Of a DNA stretch of 64,000 nt, positions 14,001-27,200 are shown piece after piece. The notes below the pieces were generated by a model, which was not told the origin of the DNA, did not search any database, and was given only the letters and a program-made list of their open reading frames with translations. The position numbers and the translations under genes were made by a program. Location: the NCBI RefSeq assembly GCF_009914755.1, contig NC_060940.1; one strand, written 5' to 3'. This DNA comes from the human T2T-CHM13v2.0 reference genome, Homo sapiens. Within the stretch, counting starts at the first letter, position 1, and every line of letters begins with the position of its first letter.

Positions 14001-14857
14001 AGTCCATTCGATTACATTCGATGATTATTCCATTCGAGTGCATTAGATGATTCCATTCGAGTCCATTCGATGATTCCATTCGATTCCATTCGATGTTGAT
14101 TCTGTTCAAATCCATTCGATGATTCCACTCGATTCCATTCGTTGACTCCATTTGATCCCATTCGATGATTTCCTTTGATTCCCTTTGATGATCATTCCAT
14201 TTGATTCAATTCGGTGATTTCATTTGATTCCATTCAGTGATGTTTCCATTCGACTCCATTCGATGATGATTCCATTCGACTCCATTCGATTATGATTTCA
14301 TTCAATTCCATTCGATAATGATTCCCTTCGAGTCCATTCGATGATTCCATTCGATTCCATTCAACGATGATTTGATTCGTGTCCATTCGATGATTCCATT
14401 TGATTCCACTTGATGATGATTCCATTCGAGTCCATTTGATGATTCCATTCAATTCCATACTCCGATGATTTCTTTTGAGCCCACTCAATGCTTCCACTCG
14501 ATTCCATATGATGATGACTCCATTCGATGAAATTCGATGATGATTCCATTCGCTTGCTTTCGATGATGATTCCACTTGAGTCCGTTAGAAGATTCTATTC
14601 AATTACATTCCATGACGATTCCGTTCGAGTCCATTTGATGATTCCATTAGACTCCATTCGACGATGATTCCATTCGATGTTATTCGATGATTCCATTCGA
14701 TCTCATTCGATGATGATTCCATTCAACTCCATTCGATGTTTCCATTCGAGTTCATTCTATTATTCCATTAGATTCCATTCGATGATGATTCCATTCGATT
14801 CCATTTGATGATTGCATTCTATTTCATTTGATGATGATTCCATTCGAGTCCACTCGA
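11009..14857 (+). repeat. HOR unit U4, 3,849 bp (X only)
   Basis: Marker spacing is 3849 (11101 to 14950), with the same junction sequence as U3. Confidence 0.9.
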
Positions 14858-17800
14858 TGATTCCATTCGAGTCCATTCCATGATTCCATTAGAGTACATT
14901 TAATGATTGCTTTGTTTTCAATTCGAAGATGATTACATTGGATTCCATTCTATGATACCATTCGATTCCATTCAATGATGATTCCACTCAAATCCATTGG
15001 ATGATTCCATTCGTGTCCATTCGGTGATTTCATTAGATTCCATTCGAGGATGATTCCATTCGATTCCATTCGATGATTCCATTCAATTCCATTCGATGAT
15101 GATTCCATTCCAGTCCATATGATCATTCCATTTGATTTCATTCGATGATGATTCCATTCGATTCCATTCGACGATTCCATTCTATTCCATTCGATGATGA
15201 TTCCATTCGAGTCCATTCGATGATTCCATTCGAGTCCATTTAATGATTCCATTGGGTTCAATTCAATGATGATTACATTGGATTCCGTTCTATGATTCCA
15301 TTCAATTCCGTTCATTGACAATTTGATTCCATTCGATGATGATTCCATTTGAGTTCATTCGATGATTCTATTCGATTCTCTTCGATGGTGATTCAATTCT
15401 ATTATATTGGATGATTCCATTCGATTCCATTTGATGTTGATTCAATTCGATTCTATTCGATGATGATTCCATTGGATTTCACTTGATGATTCTATTCGAT
15501 TCCATTCAATGATGATTCACTTCTCGTCCATTGGATGATTCCATTTCATTCCATTCGATGATGATTCCATTCGATTCCATTCGATGATTCCATTTGATTC
15601 CATGCGACGGTGAGCAATTCGATTCAATTCCATGATGATTCTATTTGATTCAATTAGATGATGTTTCCATTCGAATCCATTCCATGATTATTCCATTGGA
15701 ATCCATTCGGCGATGATTCCATATGAGTCAATTCAATGATGATTCCATATGGGTCCGTTCGATGATAATTCCATTTGATTTCATTCGATGCTTCTATTCT
15801 ATTCCAGTCGATGATGATTCCGTTGGAGTCCATACGATGATTCCATTTGATTTCATTTGATGATGATTCCATTCGATGATGATTACATTGGATTCCATTC
15901 TATGATTCCATTCAATTCCATTCGTTGATGATTCGATTCCATTCAATGATGATTCCATTTGAGTTCATTCGATGATTCTATTCGATTCCGTTCGATGGTG
16001 ATTCAATTCTATTATATTGGATGATTCCAGTCGATTCCATTTGATGATTATTCCATTGGAGTCCACTTAGTGAATCCTTTAGATTCTACTCGACGATGAT
16101 TCCATTCGAGTCCTTTGGATGATACCATTCAATTCCATTCGTTGATGCTTCCATTCAAGTGCATTCGATGATATCATTCGATTCCATTTGATGATAATTC
16201 CATTTGATTCCATGCGATGATTCTATTCGATTCCATTCAATGATAATTCCATTCAATTCAGTGATTCCTCTGGACTCCATTTGATGATGATTCCATTCAA
16301 TGATTCCATTCGATTCTATTCGAAAATGATTCCATTTGAATCCATTTGATGATGATTCCATTAGATTCCATTTGATGATTCCATTCGATTCCATTCGACG
16401 ATGATTCCATTCGATTCCGTTTGATGATTCCATTCTATTCTATTCGATGATGATTCCATTCGATTCCATTCGATGATGATTGGATTCGATTCCATTTGAT
16501 GATTTCATTTGATTCCATTCGTTAATGATTTCGATCAATTCCATTCGATGATTCCATTCGATTCCATTCGATAATGATTACATCCGAGTCCATTCGATGA
16601 TTCCATTTGAGCCTGTTCGATAATTCCATTTGAGTCCAACCAATGATTCCATTCATTTCCATTCAATGATTCCATTCGAATCCATTTGATCATTCCGGTA
16701 GGGTCCATTCGATGTTGATTCCATTGGAGTGCATTCGATGATTCCATTCGAGTCCATTTTAGGATTTGATTCGAGTCCTTTCGATGATTCCATTCGATTC
16801 CACTCGATGATGATTTCATTCGAGTCCATTCGACACTTCCAATCGATTCCATTTGATGATTCCATTCGAGTCCAATTGATGATTCCATTCAATTCCATTC
16901 GATGATGATTCCGTACGATTCCATTCTGTGATGATTCCATGTGATTGCATTCAATGATGATTCCTTTCGATTGCATTCGATTATGATTCATTTCGTGTTC
17001 ATTTTATGGTTCCACAGCTTTCCATTCGTGTCCATTCCATTATTCCATTCTATTCCATTTGATGATGATTCCATTCGATTCCATTCATTGGTGATTCCAC
17101 TCAATTCCATTCAATGATTCCATTCCATTTCTTTCAACAATGATTCCATTAGTTTCTAATCGATGATCCACTTGATTCCATTTGACGACGATTCCATTCT
17201 TGTCCATTCGATGATTCCATTTGATTCCATATGATGATGATTCCATTCGATTCCATACCATGATGATTCCATTCGAGTCCATTCAATGGTGATTCCATTC
17301 AATTCCATTCGATGATTCCTTTCGATTCCATTCGATGATGATGGCATTCGATTCCTTTCAATCATTCCCTTTGATTCCATTCAAAGGTGATTTCATTCAA
17401 GTCCATTCGATAATTGCATTCGATTCCATTCTATGATGATTCCATTCGAGTCCATTTGATGATTCCATTCAATTCAAGTCAATGATGATTCCATTCGATT
17501 CCATTCAATGATTCCATTGGATTCCATTCGATGATGATTCCATTCAAATCCATTCGATAATTCAATTCAAGTCCATTCGATGATGATTAAAATCGAATCC
17601 ATTCAAAGATTCCATTCAGTTCCATTCGATGATTCCCTTAGATTCCATTCGATGATTCCACTTGATTCCATTTACGATGATTCCATTCTATTCCATGTGA
17701 TGATTCCCTTCAATTCTATTCAATGGTGTCTCCATTTGATTCCATTCGACCATGATTGCCTTTGATTCCATTCAATGACTCCATTCGGTTCCTTTTGATG

Positions 17801-20800
17801 ATGATTCCGTTCGATTCCATTTGATGATTCCATTTGATTCCATTGGATGAGTCCATTCGATTACATTCGATGATTATTCCATTCGAGTGCATTAGATGAT
17901 TCCATTCGAGTCCATTCGATGATTCCATTCGATTCCATTCGATGTTGATTCTGTTCAAATCCATTCGATGATTCCACTCGATTCCATTCGTTGACTCCAT
18001 TTGATCCCATTCGATGATTTCCTTTGATTCCCTTTGATGATCATTCCATTTGATTCAATTCGGTGATTTCATTTGATTCCATTCAGTGATGTTTCCATTC
18101 GACTCCATTCGATGATGATTCCATTCGACTCCATTCGATTATGATTTCATTCAATTCCATTCGATAATGATTCCCTTCGAGTCCATTCGATGATTCCATT
18201 CGATTCCATTCAACGAAGATTTGATTCGTGTCCATTCGATGATTCCATTTGATTCCACTTGATGATGATTCCATTCGAGTCCATTTGATGATTCCATTCA
18301 ATTAAATACTCCGATGATTTCTTTTGAGCCCACTCAATGCTTCCACTCGATTCCATATGATGATGACTCCATTCGATGAAATTCGATGATGATTCCATTC
18401 GCTTGCTTTCGATGATGATTCCACTTGAGTCCGTTAGAAGATTCTATTCAATTACATTCCATGACGATTCCGTTCGAGTCCATTTGATGATTCCATTAGA
18501 CTCCATTCGACGATGATTCCATTCGATGTTATTCGATGATTCCATTCGATCTCATTCGATGATGATTCCATTCAACTCCATTCGATGTTTCCATTCGAGT
18601 TCATTCTATTATTCCATTAGATTCCATTCGATGATGATTCCATTCGATTCCATTTGATGATTGCATTCTATTTCATTTGATGATGATTCCATTCGAGTCC
18701 ACTCGATGATTCCATTCGAGTCCATTTAATGAATCCATTGGTTTCAATTCTATGATGATTACATTGGATTCCATTCGTTGATGATTTCATTCGGTTCCAT
18801 TCAATGATGATTCCATTCAATTCCTTTCAATGTTTCCATTCAATTCCATACGATGATGATTCCATTTGATTTGATTCTACAGTGAGCCATTCGATTCAAT
18901 TGCATGATGATTCTATTTGATTCAATTGGTTGACATTTCCATTCGATTCCATTCGATGATGATTCCCTTTGATTCCGTTCAAAGATGATTCCATTCTAGC
19001 CCATTCAATCATTCCATTCGATTCTATTCAATGATGATTCCATTCATGTCGATTTGGTGATTCCATTTGACTTCATTTGATGATGATTCCTTTCAAGTTC
19101 ATTAGATGATTCCATTCGATTCCATTTGATGATGATCCCATTCGAGTCCATTCAGTGATTCCATTCGTTTCCATTCCATGATGATTCCATTCCTTTCCAT
19201 TCAATGATTCCATTCGATTCCGTTTGATGATGATTTCATTCGAGTCCATTTGATGATTCCATTTGATTCCATTCGATGATGATTCCATTCGAGTCCATTC
19301 GATGATTCTATTCGAATCCATTTGATGATTTCTTTTGATTATATTTGGTGATGATTCCATTGGAGTCCATTCAATGATTCCATTCTATTCCAATCGATGA
19401 TGATTCCATTAGAGTCCATTTAATGATTCCATTTGATTCCAGTCTCTGATGATTACATTCGAGTCCATACGATGATTCCACTCAATTCCATATGATGATG
19501 ATTCCATTTGATTCCATTCGGTGATTCCATTCTATTCTATTCAATGGTGATTCCATTCGAGTACATTAGATGATTCCATTCGATTCCATTCAATGATGAT
19601 TCTATTTGTGTCCCTTAGATGATTCCACATGATTCTATTAGATGATGATACTATTTGAGCCCATCCAATGATTCCCTTCGATTCCATTCGATGAGGATTC
19701 CATTCGATTCAATTCATTGGTGATTCTATTCAATTCAATTCTTTGATTCCATTCCATTCCATTCGACAATGATTCCATTCGATTTCTTTCGATGATTCCA
19801 CTCGATTCCACTTGACATTGATTCCATTCGATTCCATTCAATGATTCCATTTGATTCCAGTGGATGATGATTGCCATCGATTCCATTCGATCACTCCATT
19901 CTATTCCATTTGATGATGATTACATTCGATTCCATTTGATGATTCCATCTGATTCTATTCGAGGATTCCATTTGATTCCATTCGATGATGATTCCATTCG
20001 AGTCCATTCGATGATTTCATTCGAGTACATCCAATGATTCCATTCGAGTCCATTAGATGATTCCATTTGATTCCATTTGAAAATGATTCTACTAGAGTCC
20101 ATTCAATGACTCCATTCGAGTCCATTCAACAATTCCATTCGACTCCATTCGATGATTCCATTCGATTCCATTTGATGGTTCCATTCGAGTCCATTTCATC
20201 ATTACAGTCGAGTCCATTTGGTGATTCCACTGGATTTCTTTTGATAATGATACCATTCAATTACATTTGATGATGATCCCATTCAATTTCATTTGATGAT
20301 GATTCCATTAGAGTCCATTCCATGATTTCATTCGAGTCCCTTCATTGATTCCATCCGATTTCATTGGATGATGACTCCATTCGAGTCCATTCGATGATTC
20401 CACTCGATTCCATTAGATGACTCCATTGGAGTCCATTTGATTGTTCCATTCGATTCCATTCGATTCCTTTCGAAGATTATTCCATTTGAGTCCATTCGAT
20501 GATGATTCCATTCCATTCCATTCGATGATTCCGTTTGATTCCATTCGATGATTCCCTTCGATTCCTTTCTTTGATGATTCCATTCCATTCCATTCAATGA
20601 TTCCATTCGAATCTATTCCATGATGATTCCTTTCGATTCCATTCGCTGATGTTTCCGTTCAATTCCATTCGATGATGATTCCATTCGATTCCATTCATTG
20701 AGGATTCCATTTGATTCCATTCAATGATGATTCCATTCTATTCCATTCAATGATTGCATTCAATTCCATTCAATGATTATCCCATTAGAGTAAACTCAAC

Positions 20801-20969
20801 GATTCCATTCAATACCATTCGATGATGATTCCTTTTGAGTCCATTCAATGATTTCATTCAAGTCCATTTGATGATTCCTTTCAATTCCATTCTATGATGA
20901 TTCCATTCGAGTCCATTCGATGATTCCATTCGATTGCATTCGATGATTCCATTATATTCCATTCAACGG
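14858..20969 (+). repeat. HOR unit U5, full length 6,112 bp, relatively rich in private substitutions
   Basis: Spacing 14950 to 21062 is 6112, and all X and Y markers are present. Confidence 0.9.
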
Positions 20970-23900
20970 TGATTCCATTCGAGTCCATTCCATGATTCCA
21001 TTAGAGTACATTTAATGATTGCTTTGTTTTCAATTCGAAGATGATTACATTGGATTCCATTCTATGATACCATTCGATTCCATTCAATGATGATTCCACT
21101 CAAATCCATTGGATGATTCCATTCGTGTCCATTCGGTGATTTCATTAGATTCCATTCGAGGATGATTCCATTCGATTCCATTCGATGATTCCATTCAATT
21201 CCATTCGATGATGATTCCATTCCAGTCCATATGATCATTCCATTTGATTTCATTCGATGATGATTCCATTCGATTCCATTCGACGATTCCATTCTATTCC
21301 ATTCGATGATGATTCTATTCGAGTCCATTCGATCATTCCATTCGAGTCCATTTAATGATTCCATTGGGTTCAATTCAATGATGATTACATTGGATTCCGT
21401 TCTATGATTCCATTCAATTCCGTTCATTGACAATTTGGTTCCATTCGATGATGATTCCATTTGAGTTCATTCGATGATTCTATTCGATTCCGTTCGATGG
21501 TGATTCAATTCTATTATATTGGATGATTCCAGTCGATTCCATTTGATGATTATTCCATTGGAGTCCACTTAGTGAATCCTTTAGATTCTACTCGACGATG
21601 ATTCCATTCGAGTCCATTCGATGATACCATTCAATTCCATTCGTTGATGCTTCCATTCAAGTGCATTCGATGATATCATTCGATTCCATTTGATGATAAT
21701 TCCATTTGATTCCATGCGATGATTCTATTCGATTCCATTCAATGATAATTCCATTCAATTCAGTGATTCCTCTGGACTCCATTTGATGATGATTCCATTC
21801 AATGATTCCATTCGATTCTATTCGAAAATGATTCCATTTGAATCCATTTGATGATGATTCCATTAGATTCCATTTGATGATTCCATTCGATTCCATTCGA
21901 CGATGATTCCATTCGATTCCGTTTGATGATTCCATTCTATTCTATTCGATGATAATTCCATTCGATTCCATTCGATGATGATTGGATTCGATTCCATTTG
22001 ATGATTTCATTTGATTCCATTCGTTAATGATTTCGATCAATTCCATTCGATGATTCCATTCGATTCCATTCGATAATGATTACATCCGAGTCCATTCGAT
22101 GATTCCTTTTGAGCCTGTTCGATAATTCCATTTGAGTCCAACCAATGATTCCATTCATTTCCATTCAATGATTCCATTCGAGTCCATTTGATCATTCCGG
22201 TAGGGTCCATTCGATGTTGATTCCATTGGAGTGCATTCGATGATTCCATTCGAGTCCATTTTAGGATTTGATTCGATTCCTTTCGATGATTCCATTCGAT
22301 TCCACTCGATGATGATTTCATTCGAGTCCATTCGACACTTCCAATCGATTCCATTTGATGATTCCATTCGAGTCCAATTGATGATTCCATTCAATTCCAT
22401 TCGATGATGATTCCGTACGATTCCATTCTGTGATGATTCCATGTGATTGCATTCAATGATGATTCCTTTCGATTGCATTCGATTATGATTCATTTCGTGT
22501 TCATTTTATGGTTCCACAGGTTTCCATTCGTGTCCATTCCATTATTCCATTCTATTCCATTTGATGATGATTCCATTCGATTCCATTCATTGGTGATTCC
22601 ACTCAATTCCATTCAATGATTCCATTCCATTTCTTTCAACAATGATTCCATTAGTTTCTAATCGATGATCCACTTGATTCCATTTGACGACGATTCCATT
22701 CTTGTCCATTCGATGATTCCATTTGATTCCATATGATGATGATTCCATTCGATTCCATACCATGATGATTCCATTCGAGTCCATTCAATGGTGATTCCAT
22801 TCAATTCCATTCGATGATTCCTTTCGATTCCATTCGATGATGATGGCATTCGATTCCTTTCAATCATTCCCTTTGATTCCATTCAAAGGTGATTTCATTC
22901 AAGTCCATTCGATAATTGCATTCGATTCCATTCTATGATGATTCCATTCGAGTCCATTTGATGATTCCATTCAATTCAAGTCAATGATGATTCCATTCGA
23001 TTCCATTCGATGATTCCATTGGATTCCATTCGATGATGATTCCATTCAAATCCATTCGATAATTCAATTCAAGTCCATTCGATGATGATTCCAATCGAAT
23101 CCATTCAAAGATTCCATTCAGTTCCATTCGATGATTCCCTTAGATTCCATTCGATGATTCCACTTGATTGCATTTACGATGATTCCATTCGATTCCATGT
23201 GATGATTCCATTCAATTCTATTCAATGATGTCTCCATTTGATTCCATTCGACCATGATTGCCTTTGATTCCATTCAATGATTCCATTCGGTTCCGTTTGA
23301 TGATGATTCCGTTCGATTCCATTTGATGATTCCATTTGATTCCATTGGATGAGTCCATTCGATTACATTCGATGATTATTCCATTCGAGTGCATTAGATG
23401 ATTCCATTCGAGTCCATTCGATGATTCCATTCGATTCCATTCGATGTTGATTCTGTTCAAATCCATTCGATGATTCCACTCGATTCCATTCGTTGACTCC
23501 ATTTGATCCCATTCGATGATTTCCTTTGATTCCCTTTGATGATCATTCCATTTGATTCAATTCGGTGATTTCATTTGATTCCATTCAGTGATGTTTCCAT
23601 TCGACTCCATTCGATGATGATTCCATTCGACTCCATTCGATTATGATTTCATTCAATTCCATTCGATAATGATTCCCTTCGAGTCCATTCGATGATTCCA
23701 TTCGATTCCATTCAACGATGATTTGATTCGTGTCCATTCGATGATTCCATTTGATTCCACTTGATGATGATTCCATTCGAGTCCATTTGATGATTCCATT
23801 CAATTCCATTCTCCGATGATTTCTTTTGAGCCCACTCAATGCTTCCACTCGATTCCATATGATGATGACTCCATTCGATGAAATTCGATGATGATTCCAT

Positions 23901-24208
23901 TCGCTTGCTTTCGATGATGATTCCACTTGAGTCCGTTAGAAGATTCTATTCAATTACATTCCATGACGATTCCGTTCGAGTCCATTTGATGATTCCATTA
24001 GACTCCATTCGACGATGATTCCATTCGATGTTATTCGATGATTCCATTCGATCTCATTCGATGATGATTCCATTCAACTCCATTCGATGTTTCCATTCGA
24101 GTTCATTCTATTATTCCATTAGATTCCATTCGATGATGATTCCATTCGATTCCATTTGATGATTGCATTCTATTTCATTTGATGATGATTCCATTCGAGT
24201 CCACTCGA
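20970..24208 (+). repeat. HOR unit U6, 3,239 bp (X with a 610-bp deletion, no Y)
   Basis: Spacing 21062 to 24301 is 3239; the 72-aa marker ORF and the Y markers are absent. Confidence 0.9.
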
Positions 24209-27200
24209 TGATTCCATTCGAGTCCATTCGATGATTCCATTAGAGTACATTTAATGATTGCTTTGTTTTCAATTCGAAGATGATTACATTGGATTCCATT
24301 CTATGATACCATTCGATTCCATTCAATGATGATTCCACTCAAATCCATTGGATGATTCCATTCGTGTCCATTCGGTGATTTCATTAGATTCCATTCGAGG
24401 ATGATTCCATTCGATTCCATTCGATGATTCCATTGAATTCCATTCGATGATGATTCCATTCCAGTCCATATGATCATTCCATTTGATTTCATTCGATGAT
24501 GATTCCATTCGATTCCATTCGATGATTCCATTCTATTCCATTCGATGATGATTCCATTCGAGTCCATTCGATCATTCCATTCGAGTCCATTTAATGATTC
24601 CATTGGGTTCAATTCAATGATGATTACATTGGATTCCGTTCTATGATTCCATTCAATTCCGTTCATTGACAATTTGATTCCATTCGATGATGATTCCATT
24701 TGAGTTCATTCGATGATTCTATTCGATTCTCTTCGATGGTGATTCAATTCTATTATATTGGATGATTCCATTCGATTCCATTTGATGTTGATTCAATTCG
24801 ATTCTATTCGATGATGATTCCATTGGATTTCACTTGATGATTCTATTCGATTCCATTCAATGATGATTCACTTCTCGTCCATTGGATGATTCCATTTCAT
24901 TCCATTCGATGATGATTCCATTCGATTCCATTCGATGATTCCATTTGATTCCATGCGACGGTGAGCAATTTGATTCAATTCCATGATGATTCTATTTGAT
25001 TCAATTAGATGATGTTTCCATTCGAATCCATTCCATGATTATTCCATTGGAATCCATTCGGCGATGATTCCATATGAGTCAATTCAATGATGATTCCATA
25101 TGGGTCCGTTCGATGATAATTCCATTTGATTTCATTCGATGCTTCTATTCTATTCCAGTCGATGATGATTCCGTTGGAGTCCATACGATGATTCCATTTG
25201 ATTTCATTTGATGATGATTCCATTCGATGATGATTACATTGGATTCCATTCTATGATTCCATTCAATTCCATTTGTTGATATTTCGATTCCATTCAATGA
25301 TGATTCCATTTGATTTCATTCGATGATTCTATTCGATTCCGTTCGATGGTGATTCAATTCTCTTATATTGGATGATTCCAGTCGATTCCATTTGATGATT
25401 ATTCCATTGGAGTCCACTTAGTGAATCCTTTGGATTCTACTCGACGATGATTCCATTCGAGTCCATTCGATGATACCATTCAATTCCATTCGTTGATGCT
25501 TCCATTCAAGTGCATTCGATGATATCATTCGATTCCATTTGATGATAATTCCATTTGATTCCATGCGATGATTCTATTCGATTCCATTCATTGATAATTC
25601 CATTCAATTCAGTGATTCCTCTGGACTCCATTTGATGATGATTCCATTCAATGATTCCATTCGATTCTATTCCAAAATGATTCCATTTGAATCCATTTGA
25701 TGATGATTCCATTAGATTCCATTTGATGATTCCATTCGATTCCATTCGACGATGATTCCATTCGATTCCGTTTGATGATTCCATTCTATTCTATTCGATG
25801 ATGATTCCATTCGATTCCATTCGATGATGATTGGATTCGATTCCATTTGATGATTTCATTTGATTCCATTCGTTAATGATTTCGATCAATTCCATTCGAT
25901 GATTCCATTCGATTCCATTGGATAATGATTACATCCGAGTCCATTCGATGATTCCATTGGAGCCTGTTCGATAATTCCATTTGAGTCCAACCAATGATTC
26001 CATTCATTTCCATTCAATGATTCCATTCGAGTCCATTTGATCATTCCGGTAGGGTCCATTCGATGTTGATTCCATTGGAGTGCATTCGATGATTCCATTC
26101 GAGTCCATTTTAGGATTTGATTCGAGTCCTTTCGATGATTCCATTCGATTCCACTCGATGATGATTTCATTCGAGTCCATTCGACACTTCCAATCGATTC
26201 CATTTGATGATTCCATTCGAGTCCAATTGATGATTCCATTCAATTCCATTCGATGATGATTCCGTACGATTCCATTCTGTGATGATTCCATGTGATTGCA
26301 TTCAATGATGATTCCTTTCGATTGCATTCGATTATGATTCATTTCGTGTTCATTCTATGGTTCCACAGGTTTCCATTCGTGTCCATTCCATTATTCCATT
26401 CTATTCCATTTGATGATGATTCCATTCGATTCCATTCATTGGTGATTCCACTCAATTCCATTCAATGATTCCATTCCATTTCTTTCAACAATGATTCCAT
26501 TAGTTTCTAATCGATGATCCACTTGATTCCATTTGACGACGATTCCATTCTTGTCCATTCGATGATTCCATTTGATTCCATATGATGATGATTCCATTCG
26601 ATTCCATACCATGATGATTCCATTCGAGTCCATTCAATGGTGATTCCATTCAATTCCATTCGATGATTCCTTTCGATTCTATTCGATGATGATGGCATTC
26701 GATTCCTTTCAATCATTCCCTTTGATTCCATTCAAAGGTGATTTCATTCAAGTCCATTCGATAATTGCATTCGATTCCATTCTATGATGATTCCATTCGA
26801 GTCCATTTGATGATTGCATTCTATTTCATTTGATGATGATTCCATTCGAGTCCATTTGATGATTCCATTCAATTAAATACTCCGATGATTTCTTTTGAGC
26901 CCACTCAATGCTTCCACTCGATTCCATATGATGATGACTCCATTCGATGAAATTCGATGATGATTCCACTCGCTTGCTTTCGATGATGATTCCACTTGAG
27001 TCCGTTAGAAGATTCTATTCAATTACATTCCATGACGATTCCGTTCGAGTCCATTTGATGATTCCATTAGACTCCATTCGACGATGATTCCATTCGATGT
27101 TATTCGATGATTCCATTCGATCTCATTCGATGATGATTCCATTCAACTCCATTCGATGTTTCCATTCGAGTTCATTCTATTATTCCATTAGATTCCATTC

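Noticed and set aside
17580-20270. Two plus-strand ORFs (17580-17765, 20067-20270) unique to U5
   Set aside because: They are created by private point mutations that remove stops in one satellite copy; there is no evidence of coding.
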